This document shows positions 21,432-35,833 of a DNA stretch of 64,000 nucleotides, one piece after another; position 1 is the stretch's first letter, and each line of letters opens with the position of its first letter. The DNA is from Lytechinus pictus (taxonomy: Eukaryota). The DNA lies in NCBI RefSeq assembly GCF_037042905.1, contig NC_087253.1:24366001-24430000 (forward strand), read 5' to 3'. The notes below the pieces were generated by a model that worked only from the letters and a program-made list of their open reading frames with translations, did not search any database and had not been told where the DNA came from. Position numbers and translations under genes: made by a program.

Positions 21432-24400
21432 GGGTCTTTCCCTTGAAGACATCTTTCTGTTTCTTTTTCTTTCTTTTTTTTTTTTACTATTATTATTATT
21501 ACAACCACAATGGCAAGAGACATTTCACCCCGAATTTTTGGGGTTCACCATTGAATTCTATTGTTTGAAACTTTATTGTAGGTGTTTCTTTAAGGCCTCG
21601 TTATCTGCTCAAATTGGTATTACAGCTCACTTGTTTACCTGCATGCATATTTTCAATTTTCCGCTGGTGGATACACACATGCATATATAAACCATTTGTT
21701 ACAAATTTGTTACATCATTTAGATATATTACATGAATATGTCATTGTTTCATCGTTGTTTTTTCTTCATTTACGAATGAAATATGTATTTTAGCATTACT
21801 TTTTAATTTTGAATTGAAATTGAGTATTCATGTCCCTAATGTACGTCTCCTTGATGAATTGATTGTTGTCACTTCCCTCTTACATCTGTCAAGGCTCCAC
21901 ACTGACTCTTTTTCTTGGTGGCCTGGTCGGTCCTCTGAAATCATTAATTTTACATTCTTGGTGGCCTGCCAAGCAAACTTGGTGGCCCTAAAACAATAGA
22001 AAACATTACAAAACTTTGGTAGCCCAACTGGACCACCAAGTGTAGGCTTATGCAGGATACTCTCATTTTTGGTTGCCCTGGGCCACCCGGCCACTGCTAA
22101 TGTAGAGTCCTGCATTTGTGTTTGACAGAACTAGCGTTTTCATATCATGTATGTATGTACCTATTTCAACATGTGACTGTTAATTCTTATTCAGATTATC
22201 CAGTTACAATGTAGTATATTTCATGTGCTTTGTTCCTAGTACATTCACATGAAGTGATTGAGGTAAGTGCTGACAGCTGAAGGGATTTAGGTTATTTTGT
22301 GGGGTAAAAAATTGGAAAATCCTTCTTTTTTTTATTACTAAAATATGCATTCAGATTTTCTTTCTTAGATAAGCTCAGTCATTCAAGATAAAGAGGTTTT
22401 AAAGTTTTGGTTTGTTTTTGAGATATATTTCAGTAAAAAAAAAACAGTATTCAAAACAATAAAAAAAAAACATTTGTAATGTACCTATCTATTTCCCAAG
22501 AAATGGATATTAAAACATAACAGTGTTGTCTTGCATGGATTTAAGCGCTTGGATTGTATGTAGTTAGTTAAAGTTCAGTTTAGTAAACACTTGAATTATT
22601 GGCATGGAACTGATTAAAAATAGTCTCACATTGTCCATGAAAATATCCATCTGAGAGAGCTGTACTAAAAATTACATCAAAGATTTATAATCTGTAACTT
22701 GTTTTAGTAAGAAGGAAATTATCATTGCCAAAATACTTGCACCCTGTTACATTCAATAGTATACAAACATACATGGATCAATCAGATTACAGAACATTCT
22801 TGGGAGTTGTATAATGAGCAACAATTTGTGAGACAATGCTCGTAAGAATTTTAAAATCTTTGTCATCATTCATAAATGTATGAATTATTTGATATTCTGA
22901 ATTTGTTATTCCTTTTTTTTTTTTGGGAGGGGGGAGTGATAATATTTTAACAAATAAGGATAATTCATGTACTTGTAGTAATTATTTTAAATTTCCTTTT
23001 TACTGTTTTTATTATGTGGGGGGGGGGTGTTCATGTAAAATCATTTCTATTTGTGATCACTAATGATTTCAACTCTTAATTTCTTAGTCATACATGATTC
23101 CAATTTGTTTTTATGTGTTTTTTTTGTGTGTGCATGTATATCCTGAAGAATATTGGTATATACTTTGGATATTTTTAATCCTTCAAAGTAATAAGAAAAT
23201 ATGAGAAAAGAATAACTGTAATTTCAGTTCCTTGTAAGCATAAGGCCTATCCCTGCCGTTAATTTCATTCAAATTTTAAGATCACTTTTTTATGCCAAGT
23301 TATGCGAGTTACAATGGTAGTTGGCATTATTTTTTTATTCAGGGGTGTGAGATTTCAGATTTTTTTGGTTTTGATTTTCAGCTTAATTTCAGCTTATTTT
23401 TGGCTTTCCTCTGTACAAAATGTATGGGAGCTCTTTCTATTTCAGACTTTTTCAACACATTTCAGCTTTTTTCAGATCTTTTTATTTGTGACCACTCACA
23501 CCCCTGTTGATTGTAATTTGTTTTAATTTCTTTTATGATCACTTTATTGTCTTTTTCTCTTAAATCGTACCTGTGTATGTAGTGTGTGTTGCCTGACTTC
23601 ATTCAATTTTATGTTTATAGATTGTATCTTTGCACTGTATGCATGGTTTAAAGGAACTTGATCATAACTTTAAGATCCTGTTGCATTGTGGGTCATTGTA
23701 ATCCACAAGATGTACGTGAACCTGATAGAGATGTGTTTTAATGTGATTTCAAGATATCCATGTTTTAAGTAGGTTAACACTGAATGAACACTTTGTGAAA
23801 GATCCCCCCGGTGTTACATGTAGTTGACACCAAGATTGATTTAGTGTTCAGTGTCAAGGATACAATAGTGGCAATGACTGTATCAGTTCTGAGCTTGGTG
23901 TTGGTTTACACCAAGATTGATTTAGTGTTCAGTGTCAAGTATACAATAATAGCAATGTATCATATAATCAACACCACTCCTAACACCAAATGAAAGGGCA
24001 TTGATGGATGCCTTATTTTTGTGTTGCTATGAATGTACACTTTTTTTTAGAAACCAATCTACTTTTGATGCCAAAACTTTTATTTTTTACTGGTGTATGA
24101 AGGGGACTCTTTGACACAAAAATATACAATCAATATTACAATTAATTATAACTATTTGTTTCTGGCTTGTCATTGATGAATAGTTATGTTTGATTGTATG
24201 ATTGATTGTATCCTGTGTGTGTAACAGGGTCCTGATAACCTCATTGATATATTAAGCACTGTAAACGATGCCATCTTCACAAAACACTGGATTGCATCTG
24301 GCTATTCATTCAGTTGTAACCATTATGTAATGTATGTGCCAATTTAAATGTATAACAAGGGTTCATTCATGTATAGGCTTGTTTCATTTTTAAAAGGGTG

Positions 24401-24666
24401 TTGACTGTATTTTTTTGTGACTTTTTTTCTTGCAATAGTGGAGGTGGATTGGTGGAATAAAGTATTTTACACGTAATTGTGTTGTATATTGCAATTTATT
24501 TTTTGTTGCATTTTTTTTGTAAGCCATGTCACATATTGCCTTCTAGCGAAGCCTTCGTGTAAAGAAGTGCATACTTTTAATGTATGTAGATTTTTTTATT
24601 TGTGAAATTTGATTTATAAGCAAAACTTAAATTGAATTTGTGTCCACACAGAATTGTGGACAAGAA

Positions 24667-25126
24667 AAGGGGCAGTCAAATATATTGCTGTACACATGCG
24701 TGACCCCCCAAAAAACGCGTTTAAAGGGTGTTTTTTTTTCTTCAGTTTTGGACGCGGGCCGCGCGTGCACTCGTTAAGGGTGTCAAAAACACCGATTTTC
24801 AAGAAAAGGGGTGGTTTTGAAAGACTGGTCATTCGCGCGGGGTCAAACGTATTTAGGATAGGCCCTATGGTTTTTTTTTCTCAATTTTTTTTTTTAAAGA
24901 CTAGCCAAGCGTGTTAGGGTATGTATTTTCCCAAAGCTTTTTCCCGGAGGTCATATTCTGGCGACAACTTGTTTAGCGGCCAAATTGTGTAAATAAAGCG
25001 CGCGAAAAACTTGTTAAGGGGGTTATTTTGCACAAAGAGAAAAAAACTCGTTTAGGGGGTGTTTGGAAATAATTTGGTCACGCATGTGTACAGCAATACA
25101 TTTGACTGCCCCCCCCCCCCCCCGGG
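24667..25126. mobile_element. TIR MITE with poly-G/C ends
   Basis: ggggcagtcaaatatattgctgtacacatgcgtgacc ... ggtcacgcatgtgtacagcaatacatttgactgccccc. Confidence 0.75.
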
Positions 25127-26553
25127 AAGCCAATGTGTGTCAGGACCTGGGAGTTCCTGTACTATACATGTAAATTTGAAGAAAAAGAAAAATCTAGTGG
25201 ATTTTAAACAAAACACTGGACATTTCATCATGATTATCAACTCTAAGCAGGGGGGTACCCCTCCCCTTTGATATTTCAAGTTGTGAAGAAAAAAGAACAG
25301 AAAGGGAGTAAAATACAGGTACATTCGTGCAGAGAGAGGATGAGAAGAGAAAGCGGGTACGAGTCGTGTAACTTTATACTGCCCTTGTATTTAATTGAGG
25401 GAGAACAAAAATTACATCATTTTCAGACCATCTTGTCCCCTCTACAGGGGTTGTTCCAGGGTGTTTTGTGGGGGGGGGGGGGGGGATGCGTTGGCGGAAA
25501 GACAATCTACTTGTATTCATAGATATGATAAGGTTTTTTTCGTGATTGTTATTGGGCGATATAGAAATACAGATCCAGGTGGGTGTTTCATCAAGCTGTT
25601 CGTAGGTTAAAAGCAACTTTAAGAACGACTGGTGATCCTTTCTTTTGGTAAATGCTATACACCATTGGCGATGGTTTAGCGCGTAAGAAAGGTTCACCAG
25701 TCGTTCTTAAAGTCGCTCTTAAATTACGATCAGCTTAATGAAACGGTCCCCAGGCCTCTTTTATGTCTATATTTGTGCCGATCTTTCTTCTCTTTTATTC
25801 AACCTTTCCTTCTTTATATCCACTTTTTTTCTTTATCTTCTGTTTTCATCACTAAAAAACTCGATAGGGCATGAGTCCGCCTGCGCCCCCCCCCCCACCT
25901 CACTATCTCTATGAAAATACCCTGTACCGCGAAATGTCACTGCGAAATTTGATGAATAGGATTGTTTCAGTAGGCATATGATGTAAGAATGACAATTTGT
26001 TATCCAATTTCATTTATTAATGAAAGTAATATCTTGTCAGACATGCTTAATAAACAGAGTAGGCAAAAACTTTACGGAGCAAAATGCTGAAAATTTCATC
26101 AAAATGTGATAACGAGGAACTAAGATATGAATTTAAAGTTTAGTAAATATGTGCACGTTCCCTTTTCTAAATGTTATTACATGGAATCATATATTATTTC
26201 ATATTTTCATAATAAGTGTGTCTGATATGTCTTCCTTACAGTGAAATTAATTGCAGTAATGAATATCTAATTGATGGAATCAGTTGCCAATCCATTTGTT
26301 TTTAAATTCTTGAAGGTTCAAATTAGAATAAACATTATTTCATATAATCAAATACAAAAGTGGGGATATGACATCATCAACTTGCTCGTTGAATATTCAT
26401 GAGGGCATGCATAGAACTGATTCACCAAAATAATGCAAATCTTTAAAGTGTCATGATTTCATTATTCCTTGTCTGATTTTGATCAAATTTGGCAGTGTTT
26501 TGTTTGTCTCATTTTTCTTTATCTGTTCAAAATCATGTGGTTCTTAGCCTATA

Positions 26554-27571
26554 GTAGGGGAAGGCGGGGTAAGTTGTGACACTTTTTTGCATGATAGAAT
26601 TGATATGACTAATAATATTGTTGAAATAAGTACCTTGCCTTTGAATATGATTCTTGGGAAATCTTTTTCACCTATATACAACGTTCTACCCCCACACTGA
26701 AAGTCGTTGTGACCTTTGAAAAAAACGATGTCAAGTGGCACAACTTGCCCCATCTGTGGGGTAAGTTGTGCCACCTTCTAGGGTAAGTTGAGCCACAAAA
26801 ACTATGTACAAAATGTATGCGGTAAGAACCAGCATGTCAATTTTTAATTTGAAGTTTTTTCACTTGCTAATTCTCTATAAATACTAACATTCTCTAAAAG
26901 TAAAAGAACTGTCATGTGAATTTGCTCTTTTCTGCCTGCATATCGATGGCTTTTTAAGGTTTGATTGTTTTTTATTTACATTACCATAATAATTACCATG
27001 GCTCAACTTGCCCCATGTTGGCTGGCTCAACTTACCCCAGTCCCAACTTAATGAGATAATTTCGCATCCACACATTTCTTATGCATCCATCATGTAAAAT
27101 ACTGTGACAAGAATGAAGATCCATACCAGGGGGGCGTTTCATGAAAGGACTTGTCGGACGTTTTATCCGACAAGTCCCATTTTATCCGACAGTTACCATA
27201 GTAACAGTACCTCTCAGCCAATCAACATCAGAGAAAGATGTCAGATCTGACAACTTGTCGGATGAAAATGTTGATGAAACACTCCCCTGGACTGACAATG
27301 TTGTTCTTATGTCTTTTTATATGTAAAGATGTGTGTGTGTGTAAAAAACACTTATCTATTTCACACCCTTTTTACTTTTTTGGCTGAAATTTGTATTTTT
27401 CCCTCTAAAAAGTACTTTTTGTTTCAAAGTTGAAGACAATGTGGTGGGGTTAAGGGTTATGTAACGGGTCATCAATACATGACACCGCCATAATGTCTGA
27501 CTCATTCATTATTGGCCTGGGGGCGGTGGCTCAACTTGCCCCTATGCTCAACTTACCCCGCCTTCCCCTAC
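26554..27571. mobile_element. pogo/Tc1-like MITE with a small nested MITE (27128-27290)
   Basis: gtaggggaaggcggggtaagttg ... caacttaccccgccttcccctac. The internal ccaggggggcgtttcat...atgaaacactcccctgg element has related copies near 37380-37500 and 47030-47170. Confidence 0.8.
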
Positions 27572-28374
27572 CCATTTAATGGTATGGAACCGCGCCTGCC
27601 TGACAATATACTGTAGTCGTCTCCTCACCAAAGATCAAAAATAAAGACTCACAAGAATCTTGCTGCAAATGTATTTATTAAACTTCAACGGGGAATATTT
27701 TGCCAACTATAAATTGAATTGAATAAGATGTTTTTTTTATGAAAACAAAAAGAAACTGAACTTCAACATCCTTGCATTTAATTTGCTCAGACCAAATTAC
27801 TCCGTGAAAATTACTATTTTCTTAATAAAAAGACACTCATTCGATTCGTTTGCATTTTTGCGAATGCCTTAGGTCAGCAAACCTGGATTTTGATCTTGTA
27901 TATTGTTCAGATCTCGGATTGAGAAACCCCAGACCACGTTGACCAACAATGATTCCATATGGCTGTGCTTCTGTGTATCAACGAATACAGTCATTGATCT
28001 TTTCATCAATATCTCCGAAGAGATTCTTCTGATCATCATGATAAACAAAAATGTCCATGATCGATTTAGGATTTGCCAACAATCCTCAATCAATGGTCAA
28101 AATATATTTTGATGAGGACCTAATCATTCCTTTGTTGCAAAATTGTATTTTCCTGACGATATGCTCATCGGTTGTAGGCCCAAGGCATTAGTTGCCGGGC
28201 AATTTTACTTCGTCAGAAACAATATCAGGACCTAATTGACCTAATTGAAGCAACCGATGTCAAGATTTGCAAGTGGGTGGCATTTTGTCATTGCCTGCAG
28301 GTTGTTCAGCAAGTATTTCCCAACGAACTTAGAGGGCGTCAACACTGGTTGGTAAAAAGTTATTTCCTTATCTG

Positions 28375-28489
28375 TTTAGTACCAATCAATGGTGAAATTC
28401 CAAGGAAACGGCTTTTGTCTGTTCATCATATACTGATATTCACTTTCACTATGTATTCCATGATTTTGCTCTCCAACATTTGCATGTAA
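28375..28489 (-). pseudogene. Diverged, frameshifted copy of the last ~115 nt of the WSCD-C coding sequence
   Basis: Aligns to 28567-28681, with a 1-nt deletion and mostly synonymous substitutions. Confidence 0.75.
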
Positions 28490-28567
28490 CGACTGTCGGT
28501 CATGACTGTAAACCCTTTGGCGATGCCATATCTCTTAAACCCTAAAAATGTTTATTTTGTTGTTGGT

Positions 28568-31500
28568 TTAGTACCAATCAAGAGTGAAGTTCCATGGAAA
28601 CGGCTTCTGTCTGTTCATCATAAGACTGATATTCACATCCACGACATACTCCATGATTGTACTCTCCAACATCTGCGTGTAAGGAATCTCGGTCAGGTAT
28701 TCCCTTTGACGGTGCAATCTCTCTGTTCTTTCTTCCCCCGTCAGCAACGGCGGATACTGGGTGAGGGTGCACTCCAGCCGGTCCTGCCGAACCGGGATGT
28801 TCAGATACCGGACCAGTTGCTCGAGGGTTTGATTCGGGTTCGACATCAGATCCGAATAGTGTATGACGTAGGTGCTCCTGGCAAGTTCCAGCCACCTGAG
28901 GGCGATGTTTCTCCAGCGTAAACTTTCACCCTGGACAAAGACCCTGAATCCTGTTTTTGAGACACAACAGTATAAATAATAATTTCCGTTTTTACTTAGA
29001 CTTAAACGAGGAGGGGATCACTCGTCGAATACGAGTCATTCTGAGTAGCTTATAAGAAGGGGAGGTTAGAAGTCAAGGTTACTAGCTTGTCTAGATTGGC
29101 TCCTAACTGACCAGACTCCATTTGGGGATGACAACCCTAGCTTGCAGAACGGGAGCAAGCGGCTACGGCCCTGGCTATATATTTGATTTGGGTTGAGTGC
29201 TCATTCCATCTAATTACTGTTGCACATTATTTGATTATGTGGCAGTCATGGGCCACTTTTCGTCATTATGATGGCAGCATCAGGCCCAAAGAACAATCTT
29301 AAAAAAATGGTAAAATGCAATGGCGTGCTCCCCCATTCCCCTCTCCTTCTCCTCCCACACCCCCATATAGGAAAAAAAAGACTGTCTTACTATGGCTCTT
29401 GAGTGCAGTATCCCTTTCTATTTCGGTCATCGTCGGCTTTAAGATGTGCTGTCGGTAAGCTTCGGAAAGGATCGACTGGAAAGGATGACGTAATAATAAA
29501 ATGGCAGCTTCGAATTCCCGGATGTGTCTCGGTTCGTACCGGTGGGTCTTAACGCAGATAAGCCGACCTGACCGGTAATCTACTTTATTCCCTGGAAAAT
29601 CTGGAATTCATTATATAAATGGAGACAATTAATCATTATCAACTATAATTACTAATTGCATTGTTATAACAGTGTTCCAGTATTATAATCATTAATTAGA
29701 ATTAATGAAATTGCATCGAATAAAAAATGCTAATTTCTTTAAGACTTGTATTCCTAACTTTGGCAATTTGAAGAAAAATGCACTTCGTTGCAGCCATTTT
29801 TTCAGGGAAATTGTGTTAAATACCAACTTCGTTCGATTGATGGTGGAAGGGACTTTTTAACCACGAAAGTCCACTATTCGACTGACTTTTACTGACATCA
29901 TTTTAACTTAGACTTTTTTAATCCAAGTATCAGGCTTTGTTTTGTCACTTACTTCATGTACTTGCACTTGATAAGGCATTGGCATTTATGCTTATACTTG
30001 ATCGGTGGATCCTAACAAATACATATTTTACATTTTATGTATCAATATTATAGGTGCCACAAAAGAGGAGCCTACTTTTCTCATTCAAAATTCTGACAAG
30101 ACGAAAAAAGGAGTCAAGACTCCAATCAACCACCCCCCCCCCCCGACGCGAGGCAGGGGGTCGGGAAGGGTGGGGGATCCGCCGCTGTTTCTACTTACGT
30201 TTTGATGTTTTGGCGTTGTTCTTTTCCGAACTATATGTAGTTCCTGTATAGATTCCTGTAGCTTTCTCAATCAGATGCCTTGTCCAAGCATTGCCCGACT
30301 GTGGATAGCTGACCAGAGCCACCGAGGTTAAAGACTGAAAGGGCCGGAAAATAATCTTGTCGCACGCTGAATCAAAATGGGGGGGGGGGGGGTCAAATAA
30401 GAATATAAAAATGATAAACACGGCGTCGATGATGGTTAGACAAGGATAAAACCAAATATATAGGCCTAGATATAATTATCCAAATGGGTGTTTCGTAAAG
30501 TTACGAACGGCTGGAACATGATCTTGGGTACTAATTACTCAATTACATAGGGATATCACACAGCACAAGAAAGGATCACCAGTAGTGTGGAAAGTCATTC
30601 GTATCTTACGAACAGCTTTACGAAACACCCACCAGGTGTACAAAGAAATTTATATATCATTCTATATGACAGAAAGGATTCTTTAGAAATTCTGTAAAAG
30701 TGCTCTCGGATATAGATAGCCGGACATTGCAATCCTGTCTACCAATAATATTATAAAACTATAGGTCGAGAACCGATATTCTATCAATACGGAATGAAAG
30801 CGTAGTGGATGGAAATTTTATATTTGCAAAGGAAGACTATATTTGACACGAATTAACTTGATAGCACAAAACAATAATGTAATGTAATAATTGCCGATGA
30901 TTATAATACATGAACTTATTTATTTATATGAAAGGAATACAATAACTTGACAACGACAAATTAATACCATGAACATCATAAATAATTACATAAAGTGGAA
31001 TGAAATCCAGATGTCATAGTGGTTGAGTTTTATTTGCCATAAATAATTATATTAAAATAGCAACACAGGTTGGTAGGAATGACCAAATGATAAAAAATTA
31101 AATATCACTCGAGCATAAAAATTGAGAGATGAAGGTTGGTAGCAGTTGCCCCCCCCCCCCCTGATAAAATAATGCCATGTCCGCAAGAAAAAAAGGAAAG
31201 GAAGGGAAATAGTGAGTTTTTAAAGTGTTTTTTCTGTTCTTCTGTTTTATGGTAACTCCCGAAGGAGCTCGACAGGATAGTTTTTTGCTGGTAAACGCCA
31301 AGCTGGTATATAACCAATTACCTAGGAAACATGTTACGTCTAGGTTGATCAGTCCATGGACCCTACCACAAGATCAGTCACAGTGGCTGACCTTATAGAC
31401 GACAGGTATTATTCTCGGGCCTTAATTTTAATCAAAATGGAGACAATGGCAGATTTGAGATTCGAATTCACAACCTTTCGATTATGATTCTAATGCTCTA

Positions 31501-32338
31501 ACCACTGGACCACATGACCCATGGATCCATAGCAGCAACCAGATTATTTTTCAGGGGGGGGGGATTAAGACGCACAAACAATTATTATGAAAACAAAACA
31601 TCAACAGAGGGAGGGAAACGACCGAGCTTATATCTTGGGGCACTTTTGCATTTCTTGAAATAATATCAAAGGCGTTTGAGCACACTTTTGGTGAATTTGT
31701 GAAAAGTTTCAGTAAACAAAAAAGTGGATAGATAACTGAGTAATGTTTTACCAGAGACAGGTTTTGGACTGGTGGGCTCGGGGGCTTTCATCCACCTCGT
31801 CATCCTCCCACTTAGCTCGACACCCAACGGTAGCTTAGCCACGATCAGCAGACCGAAGAGGACTTCGACGACCACCATGATGACGACGCCGAGTGGTATC
31901 CATACCTTGAGACATATTCTGGAAGATGAAGATGAGGAGGAGGAGGATGATAATGACGATGGTGATGATGAGATATATCATGAATTATGTTAATGAAGAT
32001 GATGGTGATGATGACAACGACGACGATGATGTTGTTGTTGATGATGATGATGATGACGATGATGTTGTTAATGATGATGATGATCATCATCATTAAGATT
32101 TAAGACAAAATTAGATTTAAAAAGATTTTTTTAAATAATTAACCATGCATAGCAATAATGCATCTTTATCAGTTTTGCACATATTAAAGAATACCACAGT
32201 AATATAAATATGTAAATTTCGAAAATGCAGTTTCCTGGCCCCGAACATGACAAAGGTACGATCTGACATAGTGACTTACATTCGCTCTCTCGTCATCGCC
32301 GTAGACGACGTCGACTTCTCCCTACTCGTTTCAATCAT
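28568..32338 (-). CDS. WSCD: WSCD-family sulfotransferase paralog C, type II membrane protein lacking the WSC domain, 328 aa
   Basis: Exons 32338-32280, 31918-31752, 30366-30199, 29600-29391, 28950-28568; all GT-AG, phases 2/1/1/1, 987 nt. Signal anchor WIPLGVVIMVVVEVLFGLLIVA. 5'-[29 protein letters not shown]; ICVKTH; AILLLRHPFQSILSE; YSDLMSNPNQTLEQLVRYL. Confidence 0.88.
31925..32093. repeat. (GAT)n microsatellite
   Basis: Visible gat/gac/gag triplet runs in a WSCD-C intron. Confidence 0.9.
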
Positions 32339-35300
32339 GTCGATATTAATATCTCTGTCTTTGTAACCTCAATGTCAAGCTCCTGCAGTCCTGAAATTAT
32401 TCAATTAACGTACTAGGATAAGCCCGCACTTTACAGATCCATCTTTGTGTATTCGAATCCGCTTTTCCAAGATCACTTGTACTTAATGAAAGTGACACTG
32501 CTATACTAAGGCGGGAAGCAGGTTTTTAACAATCATTGCAGAGATGCGAAAATTCTCGAAATGGGTCTGATAAGAATAAAAATGCAAAGGAAGTAACGTG
32601 CTTCACTGTTTTAAAGTCAAACCTTTACAAAATATTGCCGCCATAAACATCTGAACGTGTAATACAACCCACAGCTGCGGTACGGTGGACCGTGTACAAA
32701 AGATTACCTGGTAGGAAGACGTTTAGACCTTAAGATAGAATATCGATTTGAAGGATGGTTAAGAAAAGAACGAAGTATTGATTAGTGTCGGTGTAAGATT
32801 AAGGGTTTTCCCTCATTGATAATGTTGGTGACTGTGGATGCTCTTACAAGTGTCCGCGTAGATGTGAGTTGTGTATGTGTGTGTGCGGGAGAGGGTGGGG
32901 AGGCACCAGGGCCAGTATTTTGATATGATGGTGGGGGGGGGGGGACCAGGCAGGACGACCTGGATGCCATCATAATAATTATATAGGGGTAAAAAAAGAG
33001 TTAAATTAAGGATTTTCAAACTAGTGGGGCAAAAGAAAATTTTAGCTGGCAAAGGCGGACACATTTTTTCTGTTTCACTAAATCGAGCGCAAAGCGCGAG
33101 CTATGTATTTTAAAGGTAGTCCCTACTGACTTTTAAGGGGATCTGTTCAGGACTGTTTGCAGGGACTCATTAAAGTGATATCTCTGTTTCAATATTCTGA
33201 GATGAAAACTGGACGTTTAAGAATACATTTTGTAACCATTGAAAAAAATATCAACAACAACAACAACAAAAATGATGAGAGCGCGTAGCGCGAGCTGATT
33301 TTTTTTAATATTCAGCCCTTTTTTGTAATTATGAACATGCCGGATGCGTATCTCTCTAAAACATAAAATTAAAAAGATAATATATTCATCTCTATCAACA
33401 GCCGCTGTGAGCGCAAAGCGCGATCGAAATTTTGAATGTTGTATAATGGCCTGAAAGATTTACGTTGGTGACTAATATTGTTGAGAGCTAACAGTGAATG
33501 GGTGAGAAAAATTTCACAATTTGAAGAGAGAAAGATGTTGTTTTGGGGCACTTTAAAGCTTGAGTACGATGCTCATGATAGCATTCACTCTACATTTTTT
33601 TCCAGCAAAATTTCTGGGGGGGGGGGGGGCAAATTCCCCCGTGCCCACCCCTTGATGCCGCCACTGTTTGCCCAACTCTTCTTTCCTGACATTAAAGTAT
33701 GCCTCACTCGGGTTATTGCTGTCCATTATTGCTAAATGACAATTTTATCAAATGGATAGAGTAGACGAACTAGGATAAGCATAGTCTGCAGGCACAGACC
33801 CTTGGTTTTCGCAATTTGTGCATAATTCAGAGTCTGAAGTAGTGAGACCAGATTCACTATGAATTGTGGCTGGCTCTTATATTTGACACAGGCAGTGTTT
33901 GGCATTTAGTCTTCACGCTCAGTAGACATGGTATAATCGGTTAAAGTGTCAAATATGAGTCTGAATGCAGACTAGGATTAGACCATTTGGGATGAGACAA
34001 AACGGAAAGTAGACCAAGTGGGTCTAGACCAAGTGGCAATTTACCAAATACATCACCTCAATTACCCGCCCCCATTCGTATCCCCCAATGCCTCCTTGCT
34101 ATATATACAATACCCTTACGAAATATACCACCCCCCCCCACCTTCACGCTGTCCCCATGCCTTTATGAAATACACCCCCTTCTACTCCGCCCCCATACAT
34201 GCCATACGTATCCCCCAATGCATCCACGTTGTCACATGCCCTTACAAAATACACCACTTCCACTCCGCGCCCCCATACGTATCGTCCCCCCCCCCCCACC
34301 ACCACCCCGGCCCATGCCTCCACGTTGTCCCCATGCCCTTACAAAATCAATAGCCAGCATCTACCTCATTTGCATATCAATGAATAAATACAAGAACAAC
34401 CGATTATACTCCTTGGCATGCTAGCAAGAGGTAAATAGGGTCTGTATTTGGATAAAAACCGCTCTGTAATTGACAAACATGGGACGTTTATCAAACTATC
34501 GAGTCTCCTCAAAGTTTGTGTATCTTCCACTTAATTCGAGAATACATTCTGGAAAGGGCAACGTTAAGGATCTTTCGACGAAGTAGATCGGGTGTGCTAC
34601 AAACGTGGCAAAAACATCCTATATACCGCCTTTGGATTGCACGCGCATATTTGGGGGATAGTAATTTATATCGCACTTATGGTAAGTGAAGTAATCTTTT
34701 TAATTTGTTCCTGAAACATGTTATAATCATTATATCCACCGTTAAATTCAAATTGATATTAAGTAAAATGTATATTTCACGAGAGGTGTAGAGATGAGCA
34801 ACCACCGGCCTAGCTCACTGATGTTCTTTGTTATCAATGTTGTGAAAACATTGAAAATGTATTGATGTGGCCTAGGATATATTTTTTCAACCATGGACCT
34901 ACTAGGTCCATGTTTCAACAAAAAAAAAAAGACGAAAAGAAATTTGATAACTCATTCACTATCTCTTTTTTCAGACCTTTAGTTTGCTTCGAGTATACTT
35001 TCATATCTTACCATTATGACATAATTTTATTAAGTCTAATATTATGCTGCTTCCATAATTCTTCTTTCCTCTCAGACAAAAAACAATAACATCAACGAAT
35101 TATGAAAAACAAATTTTTGAACTAAATCTGTAAGATAAAAAAACCGACATCAAAATGATTGCATAGGTTTGTTCACTTTTGTGCAACTTTTCAGAAATCG
35201 TACCCTGTTATAAAAACCCGAGTCCTCTCAAAGTTTTTGCTCTTGCTAATACGTTTACTAAGTTTTCATATTGTCACATGGTGTTATTTTTAGTTGCACT

Positions 35301-35833
35301 CTACTATGGGGGAGGGGGGGGGGGGGGGGGCTCACCCGATTTCATGTTGATTTTAATTTAAAAAATAAAAATATACAAGAAACATATTTATAAAGGTTTG
35401 GTTTGGTAAAAATCCGTCAAAGAATTATCAAGTAGTGGAACTTCGAAGTTTTGATTTTGTGACGTCGCATGCAAGCAGCTTCCTAAAAGTTACATAAAAC
35501 AACATTACAACATGAAAAAGTTTTTCTTGTGTGTTGAATACAATTATCAGACTTATCATGCCATGACGTGCTAAGAACTATTAGGAAAATGGTTTTAGTC
35601 ATAGATAAACATTGAAAATGTTATCCAATGAAAAAAAACGGAGCAGCTGCTAGCACGTGACGTCACAATATGAATGAAAAGTACATGACTTTTTTATTCT
35701 TTGATATGCATTTTACTCTAATCGTCGCCAATATATCTTTACATTTTTAAAGATTTCATCTGTTATTAAAACCAACTTATATATCGTCAGAGTGAACTTT
35801 CGTACAGACTATCCGACAAGGACGCACTTTTTA

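Noticed and set aside
27869-28921. Compact ORFs suggesting a viral or Polinton fragment
   Set aside because: 28568-28846 is the last exon of WSCD-C; the plus-strand ORFs are its antisense shadow.
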